64,000 bases of DNA. Origin: Octopus bimaculoides (lineage: Eukaryota). How positions within the stretch are numbered: position 1 is the stretch's first letter; every line of letters begins with the position of its first letter. Position numbers and translations under genes: made by a program. Shown piece after piece: positions 23,701 to 35,753 of this stretch. The DNA lies in NCBI RefSeq assembly GCF_001194135.2, contig NC_068991.1, positions 8,814,930 through 8,878,929 of the forward strand. Direction: 5' to 3'. Under the pieces are notes generated by a model. It saw nothing but the letters and a program-made list of their open reading frames with translations, had not been told where the DNA came from and did no database searches.

Positions 23701-23770
23701 TAGTGTACAAGCCAAAATGTCCAAACTTGCTATTTTCTTTGGTAATATGGCACCTGAAATCAATAGATGA
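20717..23770 (+). CDS. LRRCC1: Leucine-rich repeat and coiled-coil domain-containing protein 1 (centriolar CLERC/LRRCC1), 1017 aa, single exon
   Basis: N-terminal LRRs (LRELDLSSNRI, LNLSCNFIRKVEG, LNLSHNQI), LRR cap NPVCSQIDYRQ, long coiled coil with WENELAQQGTSLAQDRGRLE matching the human LRRCC1 motif as I recall it. In-frame stop at 20681 upstream of the ATG. Confidence 0.93.
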   Translation: MSSWPAKEVSLICRGLSESSKLPLNDSTEVVNLHGNDFTVISTQLSNLLYLRELDLSSNRISSMKALSNLRMLRILNLSCNFIRKVEGMVSLSSLLFLNLSHNQIEDVSGFKEVSGSEYSLSVVSLHDNKIANLSHLVTSLRDCSNIRCLTLEQDDLTNPVCSQIDYRQRLLSRLTQILVLDNVSRSGEILRLGDIPGIALRNPGSSLDFPVSVDSSSYETFKSQSGRFHSKTPGSSMDSQSLCEIKTPQIDLVMEKYKYKYYSDNGSDSVLGTENNLRNSENDEFNGPLRMSSLSMESTRGESLIIEPHNNSNNSNALRKSNGTSEILPKTKERSNKIAKPTKISTKPVQKPLKTSIKSKNPSENQSKPNLCSSKQVDSRVGCKKAGVKVDNEVQQSDKEYRDVIETTYKHLIEELAEERSRSWKAEQALKEMTASVNHAKASSQEIKTQYERLIQENNHLKECFNKEKTHSINLEQKISSMDQKLEDLQQRLNTAKENMESQKALLSEVQSSAVERENQHMRILNEERKRFEKERQLSAVATKQSGDLKSSVTSLQKQVTELQQLLASRELEHKDELRDRFKLGSKELRSVIERELKHVKLQYEDRMKLQAERTEMMEKHYKNVEKELNDALQLESGQVNQLELACDSIVKENELNKQALIAAQMKDKKKSETLSQLTNVVKKQKDQISDLLKSEQEMTSKHKQQMEDANQHLAEMQKRATQSDKLKHDCLTYQAQIEAQESLIVGLRAERKVWENELAQQGTSLAQDRGRLEVKLESLEVEIECLKKQLKSEVDTVKIKMKIIDDQAESIRSLKAELHQKDELIKDIREDAYKAQKKIEDELLLEQEARQESQFTIEKLEDRKAELKDQLAEVVKELERSQNAHYLLKKHWKDKSDLISTLEAQVKQAKSIWENKEKSLLEACEKAKSELKKNEEKMSKMDSLFRQQLDDKESAHQKALSQLAKDQQLELDNAHRKILDLEDEMREILKESNSVQAKMSKLAIFFGNMAPEINR

Positions 23771-23955
23771 TTTCAGAAATTTTCACACGTCTATATACAG
23801 ATGGGTGATAAATGTATTAGGGAAGACCCATGTAAACATCAACTAGTTGCCCTATTTTTGGCGTGGAAGTAAAAAGATATTTAATGCAGAATGATAATGT
23901 ACCTCAAGTGCTGCAGATTGGAATTGAGTTGAATAGGAACACATAGCCTCAATCT

Positions 23956-24130
23956 CAGTCATTTGACTGTGGCCATGCTGGAGCACCGCCTTTAGTCGAG
24001 CAAATCGACCCCGGGACTTATTCTTTGTAAGCTTAGTACTTATTCTATTGGTCTCTTTTGCCGAACCGCTAAGTGACGGGGACATGAACACACAAGCATC
24101 GGTTGTCAAGCAATGCTAGGGGGACAAACA

Positions 24131-24184
<54 letters not shown>

Positions 24185-24295
24185 ATATATATACATATAT
24201 ACGACGGGCTTCTTTCAGTTTCCGTCTACCAAATCCACTCACAAGGCTTTGGTCGGCCCGAGGCTATAGTAGAAGACACTTGCCCAAGGTGCCAC
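23956..24295 (-). mobile_element. SINE family A, antisense, 185 bp downstream of the LRRCC1 stop
   Basis: Reverse complement of the family A body, internal (CA)n and 3' module. Confidence 0.9.
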
Positions 24296-24342
24296 ATTTT
24301 AGAAAAGAACAGAACTGAGATCAATAAGCAAGATCACTAAGA

Positions 24343-24540
24343 TGGTGAGCTGGCAGAGTTGTTATCATGTCGGGCAAAATGCTTAGCAGCGTTTTACCTG
24401 CCTGTATATTCTGAGATCAAATTCTGCCATGGTTGACTCTGCCTTTCATCCTTTCAGGGTCGATAGAATAAGTACCAGTTCAGCGCTGGGGTCAATGTAA
24501 CTGGCTTAGCCCCTTCCCCAAAGCTGCCAAAATTTGAAAC
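24343..24540 (+). mobile_element. SINE family B
   Basis: GGTGAGCTGGCAGAG... GCCTTTCATCCTTTCAGGGTCGATAGAATAAGTACCAG. Confidence 0.8.
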
Positions 24541-24768
24541 CAATAAGCTAAATAACTGATTTGATTTACTGTGAGTAACAAACAGATCATTCTGTCAAAT
24601 ATAATGATTATTTATTATTCACATTGTTTTGAATTCATCATCATCATGTATTATCTCATAGCTTTCACATTTCAAAGATATGGTAATTTATTTTTGAGAA
24701 TGACATTGTAGGGTAGTTGTGAGAGGCCAGACCTGGCCATTTTGAACATGAAACAATATTTGGGCCTA

Positions 24769-24802
<34 letters not shown>

Positions 24803-24902
24803 GTATGTGTGTGTGTGTGTATACATGTATTATATATAGTGAGAAATGTATATATTTTTATAAATTAAATTCTGAATTTTGTAAATCATTAATGAACTGT
24901 TT

Positions 24903-24934
<32 letters not shown>

Positions 24935-24986
24935 CACATGCACTCACTCTCCCTCTCTCTCTCTCTCTCTCNNNNNNNNNNATGCA

Positions 24987-25017
<31 letters not shown>

Positions 25018-25074
25018 ACTCACTCACTCACACACACGCGTACACACACACACACACACACATACACACATGTG

Positions 25075-25180
25075 AAATCAAGTGTTTTGCTCAAGAACAC
25101 AACATTATTACCCAGTCCAGGAATTGAAACCATAATCTTATGATCATGAATCCAACACCCTAACCACCAAGCCACACATC
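25075..25180 (-). mobile_element. tRNA-derived SINE family D head fragment
   Basis: Homologous to 60530-60612 (GGAATCGAACCCACGATCTTACGATCGTGAGTGCAACA.CCTAACCACTAAGCCAC). Confidence 0.6.
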
Positions 25181-25974
25181 TCCACAAAAGGAAGGACACA
25201 TTGGATCATGTATTTATAGATATTCTTTGACAAGGTAGAACTACCATAACTGGAATGCTATTTGGTCACGAGTTTGTCTGATCAGGATCGACCTGGGCCT
25301 AAAAACAACAACAACAACAACAACAACAATGATCTTTCATTTCTCCAGGAATGACAAAATGTGTACCAGTTATTTACTGGAGTTGTGTGCTTGGTCAAAG
25401 AAATCTTTATTTTTCTGTACTGATGAACCCATCATGGCTATTTATATAAAGTAAATTTATATATTTTTAAAATTTCTTGTGTCTTGTTTATATTTATGTT
25501 TCATATATATGTATGTGTCTTATATACTATCTGATACCATGTATGTGTCTTATATACTATTTATGCAATTATCCCACCTAATATATTTTGTACTGTATAT
25601 GTATGTATGTATGTATGTATGTTTGTATATATGTACGCATGTACGTATGGAATTTATATACGTATGTATATATAGATGGATGGGTGGGTGAATGCATAAA
25701 TGTATGTATATACAGAAATACATACATAACGGGTGCAAATAAATGCATACACATATATACACGTGTATATGTGTGTGTGTGTGTGTGTGTGTTTACCTAC
25801 ATTCATATACACGCACGGTGACGTCTGTGTGTGTGTGTGTGTCCTATCTATTTGATTTTCACAATAAATTTGACTTTTCTCAGTATAGAATCACCCCCAC
25901 ATATGCCCAATTATTATTAAAAGTGCTTTAAAATAACAAAAGAAATTTTTTTAAGGTAGGCACATAAGTGCAAA

Positions 25975-26005
<31 letters not shown>

Positions 26006-27627
26006 CATATATGCATACATACACACACACATACATACATGCATACACAAACATACATACATACATACATAAATACATAATACATACATCAATACATACA
26101 TGTGCCAAAATATATATATATATACACAAATACATACGTGCATGCATGCACAATCACCATGCATACATACATTCATTCATACATACATACATACATAAAT
26201 ACGTACATACATACATACATATACATACACATATACATTCTTGCACGCACACACATATACATACATGTTTGTACATGTATGGGAGGGAGGAAGCTTAGTG
26301 CAAAGTAATTAGATAAAGAATAATAGCGAAGGATGGAATATGTACATGTGAGACATAATGTCTGCGTTGATAAGAGCAAACTGCATCTGCAACAGTGTGT
26401 TGTGTTTCGTGGTTGATGCGGAATTATTTCTGATATTCTGGTCCTTGGTTTGCGGGGGGGGGGGCGCGGATGAGATTCATGGTTGAGATATTGATTTTGT
26501 ATGTCTGTTCATCTATTGGAATATCTTTTGTATGTATGTATGNNNNNNNNNNNNNNNNNNNNNNNNNNNNNNNNNNNNNNNNNNNNNNNNNNNNNNNNNN
26601 NNNNNNNNNNNNNNNNNNNNNNNNNNNNNNNNNNNNNNNNNNNNNNNNNNNNNNNNNNNNNNNNNNNNNNNNNNNNNNNNNNNNNNNNNNNNNNNNNNNN
26701 NNNNNNNNNNNNNNNNNNNNNNNNNNNNNNNNNNNNNNNNNNNNNNNNNNNNNNNNNNNNNNNNNNNNNNNNNNNNNNNNNNNNNNNNNNNNNNNNNNNN
26801 NNNNNNNNNNNNNNNNNNNNNNNNNNNNNNNNNNNNNNNNNNNNNNNNNNNNNNNNNNNNNNNNNNNNNNNNNNNNNNNNNNNNNNNNNNNNNNNNNNNN
26901 NNNNNNNNNNNNNNNNNNNNNNNNNNNNNNNNNNNNNNNNNNNNNNNNNNNNNNNNNNNNNNNNNNNNNNNNNNNNNNNNNNNNNNNNNNNNNNNNNNNN
27001 NNATCTATCATGGCGATGTATGTATGTATGTATGTATGTGTGTGTATGTGTATGTATATGTATGTGTATGTATATATATATGTGAGTGTATGTATGTATA
27101 TGTGTATGTACGTATGAATGTATGTGAGTGTGTGTATTTTGATGTTCCTTGGTCTTGACGTCGCATGATTATTGTAAACGAGTGCCACTGTCACACAAGG
27201 TGTGTCATTTGTTTCCAAAATTCTGTGAAAGTATGTCTGGACATGGGAAATGTTACCTTGCTTGGAATCAAGGTAGGGTTGGCGACAGGCAGGTCATCCC
27301 CACCGCGTAGAAAATCTGTCTCAGTAAACTCCATCCAATCCATGCATCGTGTATGTAAAGTTGGACATTAAAACGATGATATAATGGTGTCTATTTATTA
27401 ATCAATTTTCTTCCAGAATAATTATATCATAATCCTGAAATTTGGGGGAGGGGGATAGTCGATTACATTTCCCCAGTGCACAACTGGTACTTATTTCATC
27501 GACCCCGAAAGGATGAAAGGAAAATACTGCGGAGAGACGTTTTGAATGCCCTGTAGTAGAAAACATAGTCGAACCATGGGATGAAGTGGAACCCTCATGT
27601 TCGAGTAGTGCGTTTGTGATTTTACAG

Positions 27628-27748
27628 ATTTCTACCAGCAGAAATTCTACGAGAAATTCAAAAAGATATTGCGATTCTTGCAAAAGATGGAGGGTTTGAT
27701 GAAATCATACTCAATTATATGATCAAGTTGTTGAAGTTCCAAAAATAA
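27628..27748 (+). other. Candidate orphan terminal exon or pseudogene fragment (FLPAEILREIQKDIAILAKDGGFDEIILNYMIKLLKFQK*)
   Basis: Acceptor TTTGTGATTTTACAG (AG 27626-27627), 39 open codons, stop followed directly by AATAAA repeats; no homology recognised. Confidence 0.25.
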
Positions 27749-28039
27749 AAAATAAAATACAATCAAATAAAATAAATTAAAATAATATAAAATAAAAACA
27801 AAACAAAACAAAATGTTTAACTCTTTTAGAAATTTCTGCCATTAGAATTATCCTTGGCATTTTTCTTTCACATCACAAATATCCATCTTCAAAGAATTAC
27901 CGCCTGTAAAACTCTGCATTTTGCGTTTAATATTCTTTGAATCGATGACGTCACTACTTCAATTTTTTTTTCCTCCGTGAATGTTGATTTTAATGGATCG
28001 TTGATAAACTACCAAGTTTTTTTTTTACTGCTTTCCACG

Positions 28040-28078
<39 letters not shown>

Positions 28079-28124
28079 GTTGTTGCTGTTGTTGTTGATG
28101 AAGATGATGTTGTTTTGTTGAGAA

Positions 28125-28660
28125 TGGTAGCTGGCAGAATCGTTAGAGCAATGAGATATTTTAGTTGGTTCTTTATTTTCTGAGTTCAATTCACGTCGAG
28201 GTTTGCTTTGTCTTTCATCTTCCTGATGTACCAGTCATTTACTGGGGATCAATGTTATCGATTGACCAACTACCGTAAAAATTGCTGACCTTGTACTAAC
28301 CGTTGAAACAAACCCTTCTTCTTCTTCTTCTTCTTCTTCTTCTTCTTCTTCTTCTTCTTCTTCTTCTTCTTCTTCTTCCCAGTCAAAATCCCTAGGAGTT
28401 CAAATTCCGTCGAGGTCGACTTTGCCTTTCATNNNNNNNNNNNNNNNNNNNNNNNNNNNNCCCCCCAAATTGCTGCCCTTGTGGCAAAAATATAATGATA
28501 ATAATAATAATAATAATATTATTTCGCCCGTCGCTACGTTCTGAGTTCAATTTCCGCCGAGGCCGATTTTGCCTTTCATCCTTTCGAGGCCGATGAGACA
28601 ATTACCAATTGATGGAATTGACTGGACTTGATGTAATCGATTTCAGGTCTTTTGCCATTA
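28125..28660. mobile_element. Cluster of SINE family B fragments interleaved with (CTT)n and (AAT)n
   Basis: Three partial copies of GAGTTCAAATTCCG.CGAGGTCGACTTTGCCTTTCAT. Confidence 0.75.
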
Positions 28661-29112
28661 GTACAAAGGATTATATATCTAACAATAAAATTATATATTA
28701 TGCACTTTTTGTGTATGTGTGTGTGTTGTTATGCGCGTGATCCCACGGTCTCGCATGAAAATTGTCCGTGGTGCAAAAAAAAAAAAAAAAAAAAAAAATT
28801 TAACTTTGTCCGACAATCTAACGATTCTACGAAGTCTTATCCTTCGTTCATTTCCGCCTACGCTATTCCCTCTGAAGCGAAAGACTGGATTTACTCTGCT
28901 TCAATAATTCATTATATAACGTTTTCTGGAGCTTTACACTCGGCACGTGGCTTTAAATAGTGTTACACGAAATATATTCTTTGAAGACGAAAGGTACGGA
29001 GAAGTTGCGTCTACTTAACATGAAAATATTAACCATTTCCCGAATTATACATTGGTTTTTCATGCACTGAATTACCATTCTTAGAATGAATTAGAAAATC
29101 GTTTTAATTCTA

Positions 29113-29317
29113 CAGTAATCCTTCGCCATATCGCGGTTCGCCTATCGCGCATTCAGTACATCGCTGATTTTTCTGGCTAATATATGTAAATTTATATCGC
29201 GGACTCCTCAGTATATCCAGGTTTCTGCGGCCGATAGGTATTTATATATTTTTAGATTTTAATTATTTCTGTGGGAGGTTTTGTAACGTAACACCTGTGA
29301 TAGTCGAGGGTTTACTG
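29113..29317. mobile_element. Tigger/pogo-like MITE with imperfect TIRs
   Basis: Left CAGTAATCCTTCGCCATATCGCGG versus reverse complement of right CAGTAAACCCTCGACTATCACAGG; TA on the left flank, CA on the right. Confidence 0.6.
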
Positions 29318-29399
29318 CATAGTTAAAAAATTAATACTTATAGTTTTAGTTTAGGCTATACATGATGTGTGATATTTCGTGTTAATTCGATCGGACACC

Positions 29400-30050
29400 A
29401 ACGTAATGCGCCGCTGCTATGGTTTTGTTGACATCCACTCATCTCTCCCTTTCTTGTTTTTTAATGCTTATGATTGTGTAAGATTGTGTATTGGCTTATA
29501 ATGTGAAACTGTCTCATCAGCTTTCCAATAGTAAATGTTATAAAATCATTGTTATAAACATGCACAATTTCGGCTTTGGTTAGAAATTCACCGGATAGCT
29601 GGTTTAAAGCAACAGATAATGTCAGACTTGGGCGTGATCTTTCACCAAACCTTTTCAATGTTTGTAGAATACATAACGTCAGACACTTTTGAATCTTTTG
29701 AAGGAAATGCTAAAGTAAGAAATAGCGAAGTCAGTAATCTCCGTTCTGCAGATAATATTGATTCAATAAGACATAATTGATGAAGAACTTTTAACAATTG
29801 CCAGAAGATATGGAATGGAGATAAGTGAAGGAAAATAAAAAAAACCTCGACAACAAAATAATGACAATTAATAAAGAACAAAAGAACAACAGTAAATCCT
29901 ATTGAAATAGCTTAGAAGATGTTCAAAACTAGTCGATAAATTTAAATATTTGAGAAGAATGATAACAGAAAATATGAGATGAAAGGAAAGAAAGAAGGCT
30001 TGCAGCAGTTACAATGGTATTGGCAAAAATTAGACAATGTTTGAGAAAGC
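29400..30050 (+). pseudogene. Highly decayed RTE-clade LINE reverse transcriptase
   Basis: Translated fragments SWFKATDNVRLGRDLSPNLFNV (cf. WF...GVRQG..LSP.LFN), NLRSADNID (cf. NLRFADDID) and RYGMEISEGK (cf. YGMEIS.EK). Confidence 0.7.
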
Positions 30051-30699
30051 AATAAAAAAAAAAAAAAAATCATGTTTGAAGAGTTATATTAATTTCAACC
30101 TCACTCCATGGATGCGACTTATGGACGTTAGATGTTGAAAGTGAGAAAATGGCCATAACTTTTGCAATGAAATGTTATATATCGAAAGATGCCTTCCATT
30201 CATATACAGAACATCGAACTGGCGGTAATGTTGAGAAATACAATATTGGGAGAAACACTATGATCCACAGAAGTCTTCAGTCAAATACTGATTTCAAAAT
30301 TCTGACTCTAGGCCAGCAATTTCGAAGGAGAGTGTTAGTCGATTACATTGACCCCCCCAAGGTGCCACGCAGTGGGACTGAACCCGGAACCGTGTGGTTG
30401 GGAAGCAAGCTTCTTATCACAGAGCTACGCCTGAGCCTATGTTTGTGTATCCTTTCCTCTTTTCATTTTCTATTGTGAACGAAAAACACACATCACAGCA
30501 CATAAACAGAGAGAAGGCGAGACTAAATAATAATATAAATGCAACACAAATATCAAGCGAAGCAGAAGTTCGACAAGGGCGTGTAAATAGATGCGAAAAG
30601 GCCCCCATTAAAATGGCTTTTATGACAAAAATAATTAAACAATCAAATATATGACTAAAATAGTTAGAATGAGGTTTAAATGCAGCTGCAATATTCTTT

Positions 30700-31120
30700 T
30701 ATTTGTTTCAGTCCATGCTGGAGCACCTCTTTGAAGGGTTTTTAGTCAAACAAATCGACCTCAGGACTTTTCTTAAAAGTCCAGTACTTATTTTATCGGT
30801 CTCTTTTTCCGAACCGCTAAGCTACGGAGACGTAAACACATCAACACCGGTTGTCACATATATACACANNNNNNNNNNNNNNNNNNNNNNNNNNNNNNNN
30901 NNNNNNNNNNNNNNNNNNNNNNNNNNNNNNNNNNNNNNNNNNNNNNNNNNNNNNNNNNNNNNNNNNNNNNNNNNNNNNNNNNNNNNNNNNATATAAATAT
31001 ATATATATATATAAATATATATGATGGGCTTTTTTCAGTTTGTGTCTACCAAATCCACTCAAGGTGCCACGCAGTGGGACTGAATCCAGAACCATATGGT
31101 CAGGAAGCAAGCTTCTTACC
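30700..31120 (-). mobile_element. SINE family A spanning a gap, plus a head fragment at about 30355-30430
   Basis: Reverse-complement 3' module, gap in the internal microsatellite, then CORE and head. Confidence 0.75.
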
Positions 31121-31839
31121 ACACAGTCACACATACATATACACTCATACATACACATACTCATATATACACACACATACGAATATACGTGTCCTTCATA
31201 GTCTTCCACCGTTCTAGAATCTCTTCAAACCATATATTGTACTCATGGTTCACCACCTCCACCATCACCACCACCACCACCACCAGCACTTTCGGCTCAC
31301 AATTTCCGTCACCGAAGAGATAAACACTGCCTCCTCTCCCATCGTCATCGACATCATTATAGCAAAAGTTTATTTCGTACCGTCCATACTCAGCTGACCT
31401 TACAATGCAAAAGCCTATCAATGATAAAGCAGACGACACTCTAGAGTCGGTCCGTTTCATTAAACAATTACTTTTGTTGCTAGAATGGGAGAGCCTGACA
31501 TACACCGGACTCTATTTTTCTCCTTCATGAGTCTTATTACTCCAATTCATGATCAATTTTCTCGGCTATTTTTCTTCCATTTTCTTTCGTCTCTTCAAAG
31601 CCGCAAACTAATATGTCCGGCAATATGTCATTGAGGTTGAAGAAATCTATCATTTTGGAATTGTTTCTTCGAAATTAGTCTATCTCTGCTACAAATAGAC
31701 TTGAAGTTATATATGTGTATGTATATGAAAAGGAGAATTCGTGAATGCTAGTGATGTTTAGCGCTTGCAAATTGCAATAAAGCGAGTTCAAACGGTGGAA
31801 AACCATATATGTATATATATGTGTGTGTATGTGTGTGTG

Positions 31840-31871
<32 letters not shown>

Positions 31872-32049
31872 AAACAACTACACACATAGATTGTAAACCT
31901 CGTTTAAATACCAAATAACAAATGAAAGAAATGAAATAGAATTAGTGCGTACGTTTATTACCGGCAAAATGATCCCCCACGAGATACAACAAAATCTTTC
32001 AACGCACATCAAGAATCTTGTAAACCAGAAACAAAAACGGAGTTTTCTA

Positions 32050-32092
<43 letters not shown>

Positions 32093-32217
32093 TACATGGT
32101 GCGGTGAATATATTGTCGTCTGAATTACGCAAAAATGAAAATAACACTGAGATCTTATTTTAACAGCTATATTTACCAAAATTACATAAAAATATCTCGA
32201 AATACTAAACAGTAAAT

Positions 32218-32828
32218 TTATTCAATAAAATCGCCATTGGCTTCAACATTGGACTCGAGATTACTTCGAAATCTCCTGCAACTCTTCTGGACGGTCTCCT
32301 TATGTAAGTTAGTGAGTGCTGCCATAATCCTTGCCTTCTGTTCATCTTTGGTGTTACAAGGAGTTTTGTTGGTCTCTCGCTCAACTGCGCCTCACACATA
32401 ATAATTAAGGGGGTTGCAATCTGGAGAGTTAGGTGGCTAAATGTTAGGGGCGATGTGGTTGCAGAAATTGTCTGACAGCCATGACTGGGTTCTCCTGCTT
32501 GTAAGGCATGGTGCAGAGTCTTGTTGTCAGACATAGGGTCTTCCAGCAGTCAACTTCTTGATTCAGGGCAGCTCTACCTCCTCCAGGCACTTGATGTAGG
32601 TCTCCGTGTTGAGTGTGAGGCCGTGTGGGAAGATGAATGGAGGCATAACGTCGTCATCATTAGTGATCACTCCGAAAACCATGATGTTGATTGGTACATG
32701 TTTTGGGGACACGGCAAGCCAACGGTTGTTCTGTGTTTTCACTATCTCTTCGTATTGGAATTTCTGGCGCGAACACCAACCAGTACAGCATGTCGTTTCC
32801 AAATTTCTGCCAGAGTGAATTGTGTCAT
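32218..32828 (-). pseudogene. Internally deleted Tc1/mariner DD37D (maT) transposase
   Basis: ATG 32828 MTQFTLAEIWKRHAVL is fused to QNNRWLA...IMVFGVI...VMPPFIF...QQDSAP..(37 aa)..SPDCNPL(N)YYV. Four in-frame stops; natural stop at 32218-32220. Confidence 0.85.
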
Positions 32829-33081
32829 GGTGCTGTTTTTCTTACAGACGGTGCCTAACTGATCCTACNNNNNNNNNNATCACTCCGAAAACCATGATGT
32901 TGATTGGTACATGTTTTGGGGACACGGCAAGCCAACGGTTGTTCTGTGTTTTCACTATCTCTTCGTATTGGAATTTCTGGCGCGAACACCAACCAGTACA
33001 GCATGTCGTTTCCAAATTTCTGCCAGAGTGAATTGTGTCATGGTGCTGTTTTTCTTACAGACGGTGCCTAACTGATCCTAC
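32668..33081. repeat. Roughly 200-bp identical tandem copy flanking a 10-N gap (probable assembly overlap artefact)
   Basis: 32668-32868 appears identical to 32880-33081. Confidence 0.8.
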
Positions 33082-33640
33082 TATATTGTCTAGTATCCCC
33101 CCCCCAAAAAAAACAATGCACATGCGCGAAATTAAAAATATATATGTGTGTGTGATATTACTTATGATTTCGTTTGACGGTGGTAAATAAATTTGAAAAA
33201 CTTATTGAAAAAGAAAACTGACAAAGAAAAATGTATAAATTTTTTGGTCCTTCACCTCTCTCATTCTTAATCATTATATAATTAATACGATTTTTGTCTT
33301 CTCGATTTCAATTTCTGTTCGTTTATTGCTTAAATATCTTCAACAAAGTGGGTATCTTTGACTATATCATCTTACAAGGATTTCCTTTTTTTTTTTAATT
33401 TCGGTTCGATGTGATTTGAAGGATATTTATCTGTTATTTCCAACAAATGGAGAAACCCCCTCGATCTAAACTTCATGGAGACAGTCTTTCTCTAATTCTA
33501 TTTATCACGGCAATTAATCCCCCACTGTTTTATATTCAAGAAATCGGAATATGCGATCAAGTCTAACACTCCAGACTAACACAGTTTCCTCGTTGTTATG
33601 TATAAATAGACGTATAACAGACGTACTTTGACTCGCTTAC

Positions 33641-35088
33641 CGCTTCTCGTATAACAGAGATGGATGGTTCAGCCAAGATTAATGTCCTTACCTAATTGTG
33701 CAGCGAAGAGTAGCAATGATTTAGTCTGACATGTCATTTAACGGTCGAAACGTATCTCCAATATCTGGCAATTAAGGCTGCAAATATCGAAGTATTAGTA
33801 GGAACATATCCTAAAACAGTACATGCAACACGAAACATGTAATTAGAGAACCAAAAAAAGAAAGAAAAAAAGTATTGAACGGAAAAATATAGAACGAAAA
33901 AAATGTAGCAATCAGAATTTTGTGTACCGGAGAAAATCAATAGCACTAAATGTGTTTTTCTGTACCAGTACTATTAATAATGTTTAAGAGATTTTGATTG
34001 AACTCTACATGATATCAGAACTATCGATATTAAAAATCCGGAAACTAACGATTGCCACAAGGAATTTCTACACGAACCGTTGCTGCAAGTTATCCTTTAT
34101 TAAAAGAAGAACAATTTGAATGTTGCATGTATCCTTTCGACAACAGTTATTACATTTATTAAGCATCGTACGTTGAAGAGCATTAACGGAGCCCTAATAT
34201 TTGAGCACAACATAGAGGGAGTCTCAATGGTAAAAATAGCAGCCAAATCAACCTCAGCTTATACTCTACCGTCTTAATAAAATGAAGCACTTACTGGATA
34301 ATTTAGATTTACTAACCTTCAGACTATATATATATATATATACATACACACACACATCACAATTCAATTTGCGTATAAATTTGCGTATGCTTAATAAAGC
34401 CCGTCTACGAGTATCGGCTACCAGATGAAACTGTTGTAGCCGAAGAAGAGGGGTTGGAAATAAAGGAAAATAAAGAGGAGACGTTTATTGTTGTAAAAAT
34501 GCGAAAGAGAAAGGGGCGGGGGAGCTCTCCGACAGAGTTAAATAGAAACTAATAATTCTTGAATTATTAAAACTACCTCCAATTATAAAAGCTGTATCAT
34601 AATTACCAAATGCCAATTAAGACCTGCTCCTCTTTAGAATGGGATTTAATCTCAAGTCAAGATTCCCCCAACAACTCCGTCAAGTAGTTATTCAGTTAAA
34701 AGCCGTTTATTATGATAACTTTTGGATGAAAGCTTTTCCGTATCTATTATCGAATGATAACTTTTAGCAAATATAGAGTTTGGGACCTATAAATTTTGAT
34801 AACAATAACATGATCCGTGATTACAATAAGTGGCTTCGACTGTAAACTCCCCCACCACACACACATACACATAAATACTCCTTCAGGAGTCTATATAATT
34901 ATCTATATGAAAATGAAAAACTTTGGGTTAAAAGCTCCACTTTATTTCGGGCTGTCATTTTCTTCCTCTAGAAAACTTGAACCGGAAGTCACGTGCTAAT
35001 CTTTTGTTTGCTCTTTTGTTTCGATAATGAGATAGTACTTTTTTTTTCTGGCCCTTTTCGGTGAAATGTCCCAGATATCCTGGTAAGT
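33641..35088. promoter_or_regulatory. Candidate bidirectional promoter region
   Basis: GC box GGGGCGGGGG (34513-34522); ETS + E-box CCGGAAGTCACGTG (34982-34995); plus-strand donor CTG|GTAAGT (GT 35083); minus-strand donors AG|GTAAGG (GT 33691-33690) and CG|GTAAGC (33640-33639); locally raised CpG. Confidence 0.45.
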
Positions 35089-35276
35089 TTGCTTATGTAG
35101 TCATGACAACTGTTGAAGTGGAGGGATTAGTGCATTTTCTTTTATGTAGATAAGCTCCGACGCCGCCCCCATTAAAAAACAATTTTGAGCGCGAACCCTT
35201 ATTGTCTGAATTTCGCATTGAACCCAAAACAAAAGCAAACCAAACAACTCACAGATGAACGATTGTCTACAAGTGA

Positions 35277-35341
35277 AGTCCCGAGGAGACATCTTAGTCC
35301 CGAGGAGACATCTTAGTCCCGAGGAGACATCTTAGTCCCGA
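35277..35341. repeat. Perfect 19-bp tandem repeat x3.4 (AGTCCCGAGGAGACATCTT)
   Basis: Units at 35277, 35296 and 35315, partial at 35334; no spacers. Confidence 0.95.
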
Positions 35342-35534
35342 GACGACATTTTTTTAAACAATATAATCTTTAGGTCAACAAGAATGCGTTTGATGTACAT
35401 CACTTCATCTGTTCTTGGAGCCTTTTGTGGTGCACAAGGCCCGTGCTCATCTACGGTTTCCATGGTTTCGACATAAGACGCAAGTTTAGCGCAGGTGACT
35501 TTTTTTTGCGAAGAGAACTGAATTATCTTATATT

Positions 35535-35753
35535 TTTTTACTTGTTTCAGTCATTAGATTGCGGCCATACTGGGGCACACACTCGAAGAATTTTTAGTCG
35601 AATGAATCGACCCCAGTACTAATTTTTAATTTCTTTTAAAGCCTGGTACTTATTCTATCGGTCGCTTTTGCCAAAACCGCTAAGTTACAGGGACGTAAAT
35701 ACATCAGTGGAAGACGAATAAACGCAAAGACACACACACGCAAAGACACACAC
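35535..35753 (-). mobile_element. SINE family A, 3' part
   Basis: TTTACTTGTTTCAGTCATT... reverse-complement tail, running into a gap. Confidence 0.75.

Noticed and set aside
32668-33081. Recent tandem duplication of a transposase segment
   Set aside because: Identical copies either side of a 10-N gap point to unmerged contig overlap; same pattern at 60815-61328 and 24940-25010.
35277-35341. CRISPR-like repeat
   Set aside because: Contiguous tandem units with no spacers, no cas genes, and a eukaryotic context.
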